From assembly GCF_001412615.1 (NCBI RefSeq), contig NZ_CP013011.1, positions 120,001 through 152,000 on the forward strand: a DNA stretch of 32,000 bases, in the 5' to 3' direction. Source of the stretch: Pyrodictium delaneyi. GTDB taxonomy: Archaea; Thermoproteota; Thermoprotei_A; Sulfolobales; Pyrodictiaceae. A model generated the notes under the pieces. The model worked only from the letters and a program-made list of their open reading frames with translations. It searched no databases and was not told the origin of the DNA. Below, piece after piece: positions 24,620-32,000 of the stretch; positions within the stretch are counted from its first letter, which is position 1, and each line of letters begins with the position of its first letter. Made by a program: the position numbers and the translations under genes.

Positions 24620-25288
24620 GTGTGTGGACACGTAGGGAATCGTGGAGCTTACATCGTGCTAGAGGGAATCGATGGTGCTGGCACAACTACGCATAGCAGA
24701 CTTTTGGCCAAGAATCTGGAAAGGTTGGGATACTGTACGTGCCTGTTCGAGGAACCAAGCAAAGGTGATGTTGGTATTGTCATTCGTAAAATACTTTCAC
24801 AAGGTCCATTTGACCAGCGTCTTCTCTCACTCCTCTTTGCTGCGGATAGACTAATGCTGCGTAATAGCATAGAGGAGTGTCTCGACAGAGGATGCATAGC
24901 CATCAGTGATAGGAGTTGGGTATCGAGCTTAGCCTACCAGAGCTATGATGGATTTCCTGGCTCAGCGTCTCCAGAATGGGTATACGTGGTTAACCGCTAT
25001 GCTATGCGGCCGGATATATTGATCTTCCTGGATGTTGACCCGGTTATAGCCTACTGCCGGCTTGGCAAAAGGCGGGGTAGTAGAGAGTTACCAGAAAGAT
25101 TACAAGCGCTACGCGGCCTAGCTAGACGCTATGAATACGTTCTAGAATTAGTGAAAGGAATAATACCTCTTGTTGTGCGTGTGAAGGGTAGTATAAACGG
25201 GCGTGAACGTCCGGTGGAGTCTGTCTCAAGAGATATTTTAACTGTTGTTCTTGCAGCGCTTAGGTACTGGGAGTATAACGAAACATAG
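24620..25288 (+). CDS. tmk: thymidylate kinase family protein with atypical P-loop
   Basis: 222 aa. Motifs are YIVLEGIDGAGTTT (P-loop position), the DRS..SSLAYQ motif and the LID-like RLGKRRGSRELPE. The Walker A Lys is replaced (see finding). Confidence 0.7.
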   Translation: MCGHVGNRGAYIVLEGIDGAGTTTHSRLLAKNLERLGYCTCLFEEPSKGDVGIVIRKILSQGPFDQRLLSLLFAADRLMLRNSIEECLDRGCIAISDRSWVSSLAYQSYDGFPGSASPEWVYVVNRYAMRPDILIFLDVDPVIAYCRLGKRRGSRELPERLQALRGLARRYEYVLELVKGIIPLVVRVKGSINGRERPVESVSRDILTVVLAALRYWEYNET

Positions 25289-25382
25289 CGGCTTGGTCTT
25301 TAGCACTGTAGTAATAATTATCGTAGCGCAGTAGAGACCCTCATGTCTCATTAAACTGCAACAGATCGGGGGTATTGCAGTA

Positions 25383-25631
25383 TTGAAACAGAGTGACAGA
25401 CCCAGAGGCGTGGTAACGCTTGATGTTATGCCTCCAGGATCTCGGGGACGGGTAGTACGTATTGAGGCTGGTACGAGGGCACTCCGGCGTATAATAGAGA
25501 TGGGTATTACACCAGGCACTATTATAGAAGTTGTTGGAAGCTATGGTGGACCAATACTCGTGAGAGTAAGGGGCACTGTGCTAGCGCTGGGCCGTGGTGT
25601 GGCGCGAAAAATACTCGTTGAGCCGCTCTAA
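25383..25631 (+). CDS. feoA: FeoA / DtxR-C SH3-like domain protein
   Basis: 82 aa with a TTG start. The pattern L..M.PG..G.V..I......R.L.EMGI.PGT.I.V is typical of FeoA. No feoB is in the window. Confidence 0.55.
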   Translation: MKQSDRPRGVVTLDVMPPGSRGRVVRIEAGTRALRRIIEMGITPGTIIEVVGSYGGPILVRVRGTVLALGRGVARKILVEPL

Positions 25632-26899
25632 ACGCGGCGAAGTAGTGCCACAAATCCCCCCGTGGATCTCGAGACATGTGGATACATGCGCTGGGCAAGA
25701 GGAAGCCATGTACTCCAAACTCCTATGAGAGGCTCTGCTTTCTCCAGTTCTGCTAGCCCCTCCTCAACAACAGTTCTAACTACATCCTCGTTCTCCTCGC
25801 GTGTAAGAGTACACGTCATATAGACTACCTTCGAGCCAGGCCTAACGGATTGAAGAATAGCACGTAGACCGTTCTTCTGGAGCTGCTGGAGCCTTTCCAC
25901 TATACCGGGCCCTGCACGCTCAAGGAATAACCGGGTCTCCGGACTATGACCTAGCCGGCCCATGCTGGTACAGTCGGGATCTACGATGGCAGCTGTAGCA
26001 ACGCTCTGTCTCAATGGCGGCCTCGTAGCGTCACCGGCTACAAGATCGACTATCGCCACGCCCTGTCTTCTGAGGAGACGCTTCTCATCCATGAGACGAC
26101 GTGGTGATATCTCCACAGCTACCGCGACCCTAGATCCGTTCCTCCACATAACGTGGGCCAGCTTATTCCCCGGAGCACTGAAGGCGTCGAGAACAGTATC
26201 TCCAGGGTCTCCGATGACATGAGCTGCGAGTGTTGCAGCCCTATCCTGTATATAGAAGAGTTCTGGGTCTAGTCGTGAAGGTGCGCCGGGCTCCACCTCG
26301 ACAGCCTCGACTACATCATCAAGTACAGGGTCTGGTCTTGCGCGTATCCCAGCTCTAGACAATAGCTCGAGAGCCTGGTCTAGAGCGAGTCTTCTACGGT
26401 TGAACCGTATCCACATTGGTGTTGGCTCCTGGAGGCTCCGGAGAAGTGCTTCGATGCCTCCAGGGGGGTCTAATTCTGAAAGTTTCTCTACCACCCAGAG
26501 CGGCAGACTATAGAGCACTGAGAGCTTCTCCGACCCCTTTAGCCCGGAGACTATATCTTTTGGCTCAGTTTCTCGAAGGCACTCTACTATGCTTCGAGGA
26601 AGTCTCGTTGATTCTACGATACGATCAGACGGCACAACGTCGCGTCGGAACATCGCCTCATACGCTCCTACTAACGGAAGCCAGCCTTCGGGGCGACCAC
26701 GCAGCTGGCCGCGATAGCCACAGTAGCGGAGTCCACGTCCGAGAAGCCGATAATTGCGGAGAACACCCAGGCATAATGCGTTGAGAAGACCACGGGGAAC
26801 CCTCGGACGGAGCGCCTCTACTACATAGCGTAGCGAATAGAGTTTAGCCTCGACTCGGCTGAGTACCATTGCACAGACATGTTCGACGCTCTGCAGCAC
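25628..26899 (-). CDS. RsmB/NOP2/Sun-family RNA (cytosine-C5) methyltransferase
   Basis: 423 aa. It has the SAM motif DAFSAPGNKLAHV, the motif IV-like DPDCTSMGRLGHSPE and the motif VI-like VYMTCTLTREENEDVV. An alternative ATG start is at 26869. Confidence 0.8.
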   Translation of the reverse strand: MLQSVEHVCAMVLSRVEAKLYSLRYVVEALRPRVPRGLLNALCLGVLRNYRLLGRGLRYCGYRGQLRGRPEGWLPLVGAYEAMFRRDVVPSDRIVESTRLPRSIVECLRETEPKDIVSGLKGSEKLSVLYSLPLWVVEKLSELDPPGGIEALLRSLQEPTPMWIRFNRRRLALDQALELLSRAGIRARPDPVLDDVVEAVEVEPGAPSRLDPELFYIQDRAATLAAHVIGDPGDTVLDAFSAPGNKLAHVMWRNGSRVAVAVEISPRRLMDEKRLLRRQGVAIVDLVAGDATRPPLRQSVATAAIVDPDCTSMGRLGHSPETRLFLERAGPGIVERLQQLQKNGLRAILQSVRPGSKVVYMTCTLTREENEDVVRTVVEEGLAELEKAEPLIGVWSTWLPLAQRMYPHVSRSTGGFVALLRRV

Positions 26900-27049
26900 T
26901 CATCCCCGTGTAGGCTGTTATAGCGAAGATAGCAGCCCCCTATCAGCATAATACCCAGTCCAGTCACACGTTGATGCTCACTCGGGGAATTTCAGAAAAC
27001 TAGTGACTGTACATGAGCCGAGGAGCTTGTCCAGAAAGGGGCGCATGAT

Positions 27050-28045
27050 ATGGGCTATCGTGTATTGATCATCGGCGGTATAGGCTATCTAGGCTACAAT
27101 CTTGCCTTTGAACATAGTAGTGGAGGCGATGTTGTGTACATTGCAGCTAGGAAATCTAGTGCACAACGCCGTCGTAGACTATTTGACGAACTCAAGCAAT
27201 TGGCGGAAAAGGTGCTCCTAACGTCTACTCTCCAAGATCCAGCAGACATACAAGGAAGCATTGATAGCATAGGATGCCCGGACATAGCCTACATGGCTGT
27301 AGGTAAGTTGACGGGAAGACCGGAGGAACTAATGGAAGCAAATGCAATTATACCTAAAAAGTGGGCTGAAGCATTAGCCCGTCGTTGCAGTAATACACTG
27401 TACGTTTACATTAGTAACACGCTTGCTGTAGGCGATGCTGGCGACTGTGCAGAAAACAATCACGTAGCCGAGGAACACCAACATCTCAAAGGCTGTCGTC
27501 CTGTTGGCCCGCACAGTAGATCCAAGATGGAGGGTGAACGCAACGTAATGAACATATGTCGGCGTACTAGGCTAAGCGTTGCAATACTCCGGCCAGGTCT
27601 TCTTGTGGGACGCTGGTGCTATCACGAGGAGTGGCGTCTTCTATACCGGCTCGCCAAGCTACACATAAGGCTCCGGGGTGGCCCCATCCTACATGCCACC
27701 CCTGCACGCGACATCGCGGTGGCCTCGAGAATACTACGAGACCGTATGGGGGACAAGCTCTGTGGCTGGTTCTATGCCACGCCGTGGCGTGGTGATTTAG
27801 GTGAACTACATGAGATGCTGCTCCGCCATCTAGGCGTCAAACATTATATTCCTCTTCCTGTGCCCCGGCCTCCTCGCGGTAAAATGCCTAGCTTCTTCAA
27901 GGTGCTAGCAGAGTATAGTGCCCAGCAGCACTTTGTCTTCAAGCCTCGCGCACTGGAGGTTTTTGGCATGGAATGGCGTAACATCGACGAGGCAGTACGT
28001 GAAGCAGCTGAATGGCTCAAAAATTACATGGGGAAGAAGCATTAG
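27050..28045 (+). CDS. NAD-dependent epimerase/dehydratase family (extended SDR), atypical active site
   Basis: 331 aa. It has the Rossmann motif VLIIGGIGYLGYNLA. The PxxxYxxxK position reads PVGPHSRSK (see finding). Confidence 0.6.
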   Translation: MGYRVLIIGGIGYLGYNLAFEHSSGGDVVYIAARKSSAQRRRRLFDELKQLAEKVLLTSTLQDPADIQGSIDSIGCPDIAYMAVGKLTGRPEELMEANAIIPKKWAEALARRCSNTLYVYISNTLAVGDAGDCAENNHVAEEHQHLKGCRPVGPHSRSKMEGERNVMNICRRTRLSVAILRPGLLVGRWCYHEEWRLLYRLAKLHIRLRGGPILHATPARDIAVASRILRDRMGDKLCGWFYATPWRGDLGELHEMLLRHLGVKHYIPLPVPRPPRGKMPSFFKVLAEYSAQQHFVFKPRALEVFGMEWRNIDEAVREAAEWLKNYMGKKH

Positions 28046-28088
28046 AGTCTAGCTGGTAGAGACAAGTAGTAGAGAGGACGGTGAAGCC

Positions 28089-28763
28089 TTGCGGGAGCAG
28101 GTTCGTCCAGAGGAACTAAGCTACGGGGAAGGTGCCTATCTGGTTAAACTAGCGCGGCAGAGCGTAGAATACTACTTCCGGCATGGTAAAAGAATGCCTG
28201 TCCCCAGTGATGCCCCGCCTAAGCTTCTCCGGCCAGGAGCAGCTTTTGTAACAATAACTACATACTATGGCCCGGAGTCTCGAGAACTACGGGGATGTAT
28301 AGGTTATGTACAGCCCGTAAAGAGTCTAGTCGAGACAGTAATAGACGTAGCAATAGAGGCTGCGTTTAATGACCCTAGGTTTCCTCCCCTCAATCAAGAT
28401 GAGTTAGCCAGGGTGACTTTCGAGGTCAGCGTCCTAGGCCCTCTAGAGCGGCTACCCCGTGAGCCCGCTAAAAGACCAGGCAGCTTCACGATAGGCCGCC
28501 ACGGTCTAGTGGCGAGGCGTGGATTCTTCCAGGGTCTGCTCTTACCAGAAGTGCCGGTAGAGTATCTCTGGGATGAGGAGACATTTCTCGCAGAGACATG
28601 TGTTAAGGCTGGTATGCCACCTAGCTGTTGGCTCGACCCCGAAACGGAGTTCTACAGATTCAGTGGTCGTGCATGGCGTGAGAAAATACCCCTGGGCGAG
28701 ATAGAGGAGCGCGACCTAGCAGAGGAGTATCAGCAGTTACTGCAGCGTTATCTTCGCGGGTAG
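28089..28763 (+). CDS. AMMECR1 domain protein
   Basis: 224 aa with the signature LRGCIGY, then DPRFPPL and GLLLPEV. Confidence 0.85.
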   Translation: MREQVRPEELSYGEGAYLVKLARQSVEYYFRHGKRMPVPSDAPPKLLRPGAAFVTITTYYGPESRELRGCIGYVQPVKSLVETVIDVAIEAAFNDPRFPPLNQDELARVTFEVSVLGPLERLPREPAKRPGSFTIGRHGLVARRGFFQGLLLPEVPVEYLWDEETFLAETCVKAGMPPSCWLDPETEFYRFSGRAWREKIPLGEIEERDLAEEYQQLLQRYLRG

Positions 28764-28832
28764 CTGTCTCCGGATCCCCTCGGAGAATATAGGGGTCGGT
28801 CGGAGCGCTAGCTCTTCTCTGGTGGCAGAGTA

Positions 28833-29381
28833 TTGGCTAGGAGGCAGCGCCGGCAACAAGTAGTAGCGCCTCCAGCCCTCACAGTAGAGGGTGCAGAGCT
28901 GTATCTCATATCAATACGGCCGGTCTATGCTTATCAGATATTCCGCTCGCGGAAGAAGTTTGAGCTACGTCGTAACGCGGCTGGCAGGATACCAGAAGGC
29001 GCAGTAATGGTTGTTTATGCATCGGGAAATGTTAGGGCGATTATAGGCGAGTTCACGGTTGGCAACGTCATAGAGGGTACGGCAGAGCAAGTATGGCGCA
29101 GAGTAATGGAGCAGCCAAACTCTGGCGTAGGCGGTGATGCGTGGCACTATATACGGGGCGCCCAGCGGGCTATGGCGCTCGAGGTCCAGAACCCGGTTCT
29201 CTACCCCCGGCGGGTCACATTGGAGGAGATACGCAGGGTTATCCCGGGCTGGAACCCACCGCTGAGCTACAAGCAGCTGCGCGAGGGCGAGCCTGTCTAC
29301 GAGCTCATAATACGCAGGCTCCGCCGCCTAGCCGGCCTCGAGCCGGACTACGAGGCGGAAGAGACGCTTCTAGAGGCTTAG
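28833..29381 (+). CDS. ASCH / PUA-like domain protein
   Basis: 182 aa with a TTG start. The N-terminal pattern LISIRPVYAYQIFRSRKKFELRR is typical of ASCH domains. The family assignment was made by eye only. Confidence 0.5.
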   Translation: MARRQRRQQVVAPPALTVEGAELYLISIRPVYAYQIFRSRKKFELRRNAAGRIPEGAVMVVYASGNVRAIIGEFTVGNVIEGTAEQVWRRVMEQPNSGVGGDAWHYIRGAQRAMALEVQNPVLYPRRVTLEEIRRVIPGWNPPLSYKQLREGEPVYELIIRRLRRLAGLEPDYEAEETLLEA

Positions 29382-30553
29382 CGGCGCGAGTGTATCTCTA
29401 CTATATCGCCGTCCTCTAGCACGTGGTCTAGGCCGACTCTCTCTCCAGGATACTTGGCTGAGGGTCCCCACACCTTGGCGTACTCGAAGTATTCTAGCAG
29501 GTCGCTATGTATCTTTGTTGCGAGATCCCTTACCGTGGCTCCGCGTCGTAGTACTACAGGTGTCTTGCTAGGCTCGCTGTTAGGCCTTTTAGTGTAGACT
29601 CTGATTATGTCAAGGCGGCGGAACAGTAGCTCGCCTAGTTTGTCAAGGTTATAGCCCGTCCGCGCCGAGACTGGTAGTAGCCAGACACTCTTCTCGCGCT
29701 TCTCTGCCAGGTACTCGTAGAGCCGGCGGTACCTCTCAGCAGCGCCGGGTACGTCGGCCTTGTTGGCTAGGACTATGGTGGGTCGGTAGACGCTGCTCCT
29801 GAGCACAGCCATCTCGATATCGTCGAGCGTGACTTCGCCCTCTACGTAGACCTTCGCCCTGTATATCCGGTAGCGAGCTAGAATCCTTTCAACATCCTTC
29901 ACGGTACCATCCACGATCCTACCGGTGCCCAACACTTGTACGCCGTGTTCACCTCCCTTCTCTATGCGCACTGTGCCCCGGGGCTTCTCTATGAACACAC
30001 CATGCTCTGCTAGGATGTCTCGTACTCGCTTGTACTGCTCTAGTGCGTCCTCCTCAAGGCTCACCACTATAATCACAGCGTCAGCGTTACGCGCTATACC
30101 GGCTATACGGGGTATATACTGGGGTGCATCCTCGGAGAGCGGAGGCGTGTCCACTAGCTGGAAGTAGATATCCTTGTAAGGCAGCATGCCGGGAACGGGG
30201 AGAGTAGTAGCAAACGGATAGTCGGCTACACGTGTACGCGCCCCAGTAAGCCTGTGTACCAACAGGCTCTTCCCTGCATTAGGCGGCCCTATGACAGCTA
30301 TCTGGGCGGCCCCCTCCTTCTCGATGAATATTCGTGGCCCGCCGCCACCCTTTCTCTTCCTCTTCTGCTCCTCTAGCTCCTCACGCAGCTCTGCAAGGCG
30401 TCGCTTAGCCCACAGTAGAAGATTCTCCACGCCCTTATGCTTTGGAACAGCCGAGAGGAACTCCTCCAACGCTTGTATCTTCTCCTCAATGGTCTTGGCC
30501 TCAGAGTACTTTGCCAGCTTAGCTTGCGCCTCTGGCGGCAGATTGGCTGGCAT
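29378..30553 (-). CDS. DRG-type (Obg family) GTP-binding protein with C-terminal TGS domain
   Basis: 391 aa. G motifs are G1 GPPNAGKS, G3 DTPP and G4 NKAD. The C-terminal TGS-like region is GATVRDLATKIHSDL...LEDGDIVEIH. Confidence 0.85.
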   Translation of the reverse strand: MPANLPPEAQAKLAKYSEAKTIEEKIQALEEFLSAVPKHKGVENLLLWAKRRLAELREELEEQKRKRKGGGGPRIFIEKEGAAQIAVIGPPNAGKSLLVHRLTGARTRVADYPFATTLPVPGMLPYKDIYFQLVDTPPLSEDAPQYIPRIAGIARNADAVIIVVSLEEDALEQYKRVRDILAEHGVFIEKPRGTVRIEKGGEHGVQVLGTGRIVDGTVKDVERILARYRIYRAKVYVEGEVTLDDIEMAVLRSSVYRPTIVLANKADVPGAAERYRRLYEYLAEKREKSVWLLPVSARTGYNLDKLGELLFRRLDIIRVYTKRPNSEPSKTPVVLRRGATVRDLATKIHSDLLEYFEYAKVWGPSAKYPGERVGLDHVLEDGDIVEIHSRR

Positions 30554-30665
30554 AGCTGTGCTACCCTCCCCTCTATCCCCGCGCCCTTGATCCTAGCCGG
30601 TACATCCTAAGGCTGTTAGAGGCCTATATCCTCTGACGTTTAGGAGGCTATGGCTCCCCAGAGAG

Positions 30666-30673
30666 TTTATAGA
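30666..30673 (+). promoter_or_regulatory. TATA box TTTATAGA upstream of 30724 gene
   Basis: A canonical archaeal TTTATA-type box lies about 55 nt upstream of the ATG. GGTGG lies 12 nt upstream of the ATG. Confidence 0.4.
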
Positions 30674-30723
30674 GAGATAAGAGTACAACCCTCCCGGCGC
30701 GGAAACCTGGTGGTAGACAAGCT

Positions 30724-31260
30724 ATGGCACGCCGGCAGCGCAGGAAAGCTATAGCAATAGCCATGGCTGGCCTCTTCATAGTAATCCTCTTCCTTGAGCT
30801 TATAGCGATATTCTCACCAGCATTACTAGGTATATTCCGGGGCAATGCGCATCACTATAGTGTTGTTGTATTTGCGCCTCCAGGCATGGAGCAGCAAGCA
30901 ATGCAGGTAGCTAAGGATGTGGCTGAACGCCTCGGCGTCAAGGAGTACCGGGTCGAGCCAGTAGATACCAATACCACTTCAAAGCTAATGTCTATAGTGT
31001 TATTTGACAATGATGAGCCTGTACTAGTGCTATTCGCGAATGGAGTCGAAGGTGTTGGTGAAGTAGTCTATCAAATAGCATCACAGATGCTGCCTCGGGT
31101 ACCCAGCAATGCTACACTGCTATACGCGGGTAGCGCGGGAGCCTTCTTACTGCCCAAGAACGCGACACTAGTAGAGGATTTCGTCAAGAGTGTTATAGCG
31201 TCACCATTACCTCAGAGCAACACCACGAATACCACAGAGGCTAACATGACACAGAGCTAG
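30724..31260 (+). CDS. hypothetical membrane-anchored protein with N-glycosylation sequons
   Basis: 178 aa. It has an N-terminal basic stretch plus TM (IAIAMAGLFIVILFLELIAIF). The extracytoplasmic part carries several N-x-S/T sites (NTT, NAT, NTTNTT, NMT). I recognise no family. Confidence 0.5.
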   Translation: MARRQRRKAIAIAMAGLFIVILFLELIAIFSPALLGIFRGNAHHYSVVVFAPPGMEQQAMQVAKDVAERLGVKEYRVEPVDTNTTSKLMSIVLFDNDEPVLVLFANGVEGVGEVVYQIASQMLPRVPSNATLLYAGSAGAFLLPKNATLVEDFVKSVIASPLPQSNTTNTTEANMTQS

Positions 31261-31382
31261 TAGCGAGGGAAATGATAAGATAGTGTGAGCTACACCACAA
31301 TGGTTATTCGTGCTTAGTCCTTTATGCCGTCTCGGCCTAGCTCTAAGGTTAGTCCCTGTAGACGACGAGGTTATGGACGGAC

Positions 31383-32000
31383 ATGAGTAGAGATAGGAGT
31401 GACGATCTCTCTAGGCTCCGTGAGCGCGTACTCTATACGGAGAGCTTATCCAGGCTGCTCCTATGGCTAGCAGCGCCCCTCATAGTGTCTGGAAGCGTTG
31501 AGGCCCTATACCAGATTGTAGATACGTTCTGGTTATCACGGTTGGGTAGCGCAGCTCTCGGCACGCCCATTGTGTCGTGGCCCTACCGCGGTATACTCGG
31601 GAGCATAGGATTTGGCTTAGCTAGCTCGATCTCAGCCCTAGCAGGCCAGTATATAGGCGCTAGGCGCTTTGACAGAGCTTCACGTGTCGTGGGAAGCGTT
31701 CTCGGCATCCTACTGGCCTTCGGCATACCAGCCTCATTAGTTCTCGTCGCTGGCCTCAACCTATACTTGGAAGCCATGAATGTCCCCGCGGATATACGCC
31801 CGCTCGCAGCAGTATACATAACGGTGACAGTGCTAACGATACCGCTGACATACATATACCTAGTATTCACTTTCGCCCTAGGAGCAGCAGGGAACACGAG
31901 GACACCCACAAAGATAAGCATAGCCTCGACCCTGACGAACGCAGTACTCGATCCCGTGCTTATCTTCTGGGCCAACATGGGCGTGCTTGGTGCAGCGCTT
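31383..32000 (+). CDS. MATE family efflux transporter, N-terminal part (runs off window)
   Basis: The frame is open from the ATG at 31383 to the window end (206 codons). The sequence LLWLAAPLIVSGSVEALYQIVDTFWLSRLGSAALG...ALAGQYIGARRFDRA is the typical MATE TM1-TM3 pattern. Confidence 0.8.
   Translation, partial: MSRDRSDDLSRLRERVLYTESLSRLLLWLAAPLIVSGSVEALYQIVDTFWLSRLGSAALGTPIVSWPYRGILGSIGFGLASSISALAGQYIGARRFDRASRVVGSVLGILLAFGIPASLVLVAGLNLYLEAMNVPADIRPLAAVYITVTVLTIPLTYIYLVFTFALGAAGNTRTPTKISIASTLTNAVLDPVLIFWANMGVLGAAL

Noticed and set aside
28833-30744. Two unrelated ORFs (28833 and 30724) both begin MARRQRR
   Set aside because: Only about 8-9 nt are shared (GGCAGCGC). The downstream sequences are unrelated, and basic N-termini before a hydrophobic or beta segment are common. 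I treat this as coincidence.
1-32000. Scan for CRISPR arrays, tRNA/rRNA genes, transposases or integrases, and inteins
   Set aside because: I found no regularly spaced direct repeats and no T-arm consensus (GGTTC[GA]AATCC or its complement). I also found no rRNA-like stretches, no DDE or tyrosine-recombinase-like ORFs, and no helicase or AAA+ gene interrupted by an intein-like insert.

Overview
The window looks like a gene-dense chromosomal segment from an archaeon. It is probably a hyperthermophilic crenarchaeon, an inference from the gene set (Hel308, TIP49/RuvB-like, stalk protein P1, DRG GTPase, AMMECR1), TATA-like promoter patches and frequent GTG/TTG starts. I support about 28 protein genes, mostly housekeeping: divergent guaA/guaB, proC, a rhomboid protease, tldD/pmbA, an RCK K+ channel, an ABC importer lacking its ATPase, hel308, TIP49, rpl12 (P1), asparaginase, tmk-like, an RsmB-like methyltransferase, AMMECR1, ASCH, DRG and MATE. 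I saw no rRNA, tRNA, CRISPR array, transposase or integrase. The most unusual region is 14.3-21.2 kb. It holds a head-to-head pair of diverged PAPS-reductase/DndC-like PP-loop paralogs with large unassigned extra domains and no sulfate-assimilation, Dnd or BREX partners. The second paralog runs co-directionally into hel308 and TIP49. The spacers there are about 70% G+C by hand count, highly palindromic, and contain a degenerate repeated unit both upstream and downstream of hel308, so they are candidate structured RNAs or processing/regulatory elements. Secondary observations are a low-GC island with an orphan gene at 21.2-22.4 kb and substitutions at catalytic motifs in TIP49 (Walker B DDAH), the tmk-like gene (P-loop GAGTTT) and an SDR (HxxxK). 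Others are a long C-terminal extension on the rhomboid and a guaA whose conserved N-terminus precedes any canonical start codon. All functional calls rest on motif recognition by eye; no database search was run.
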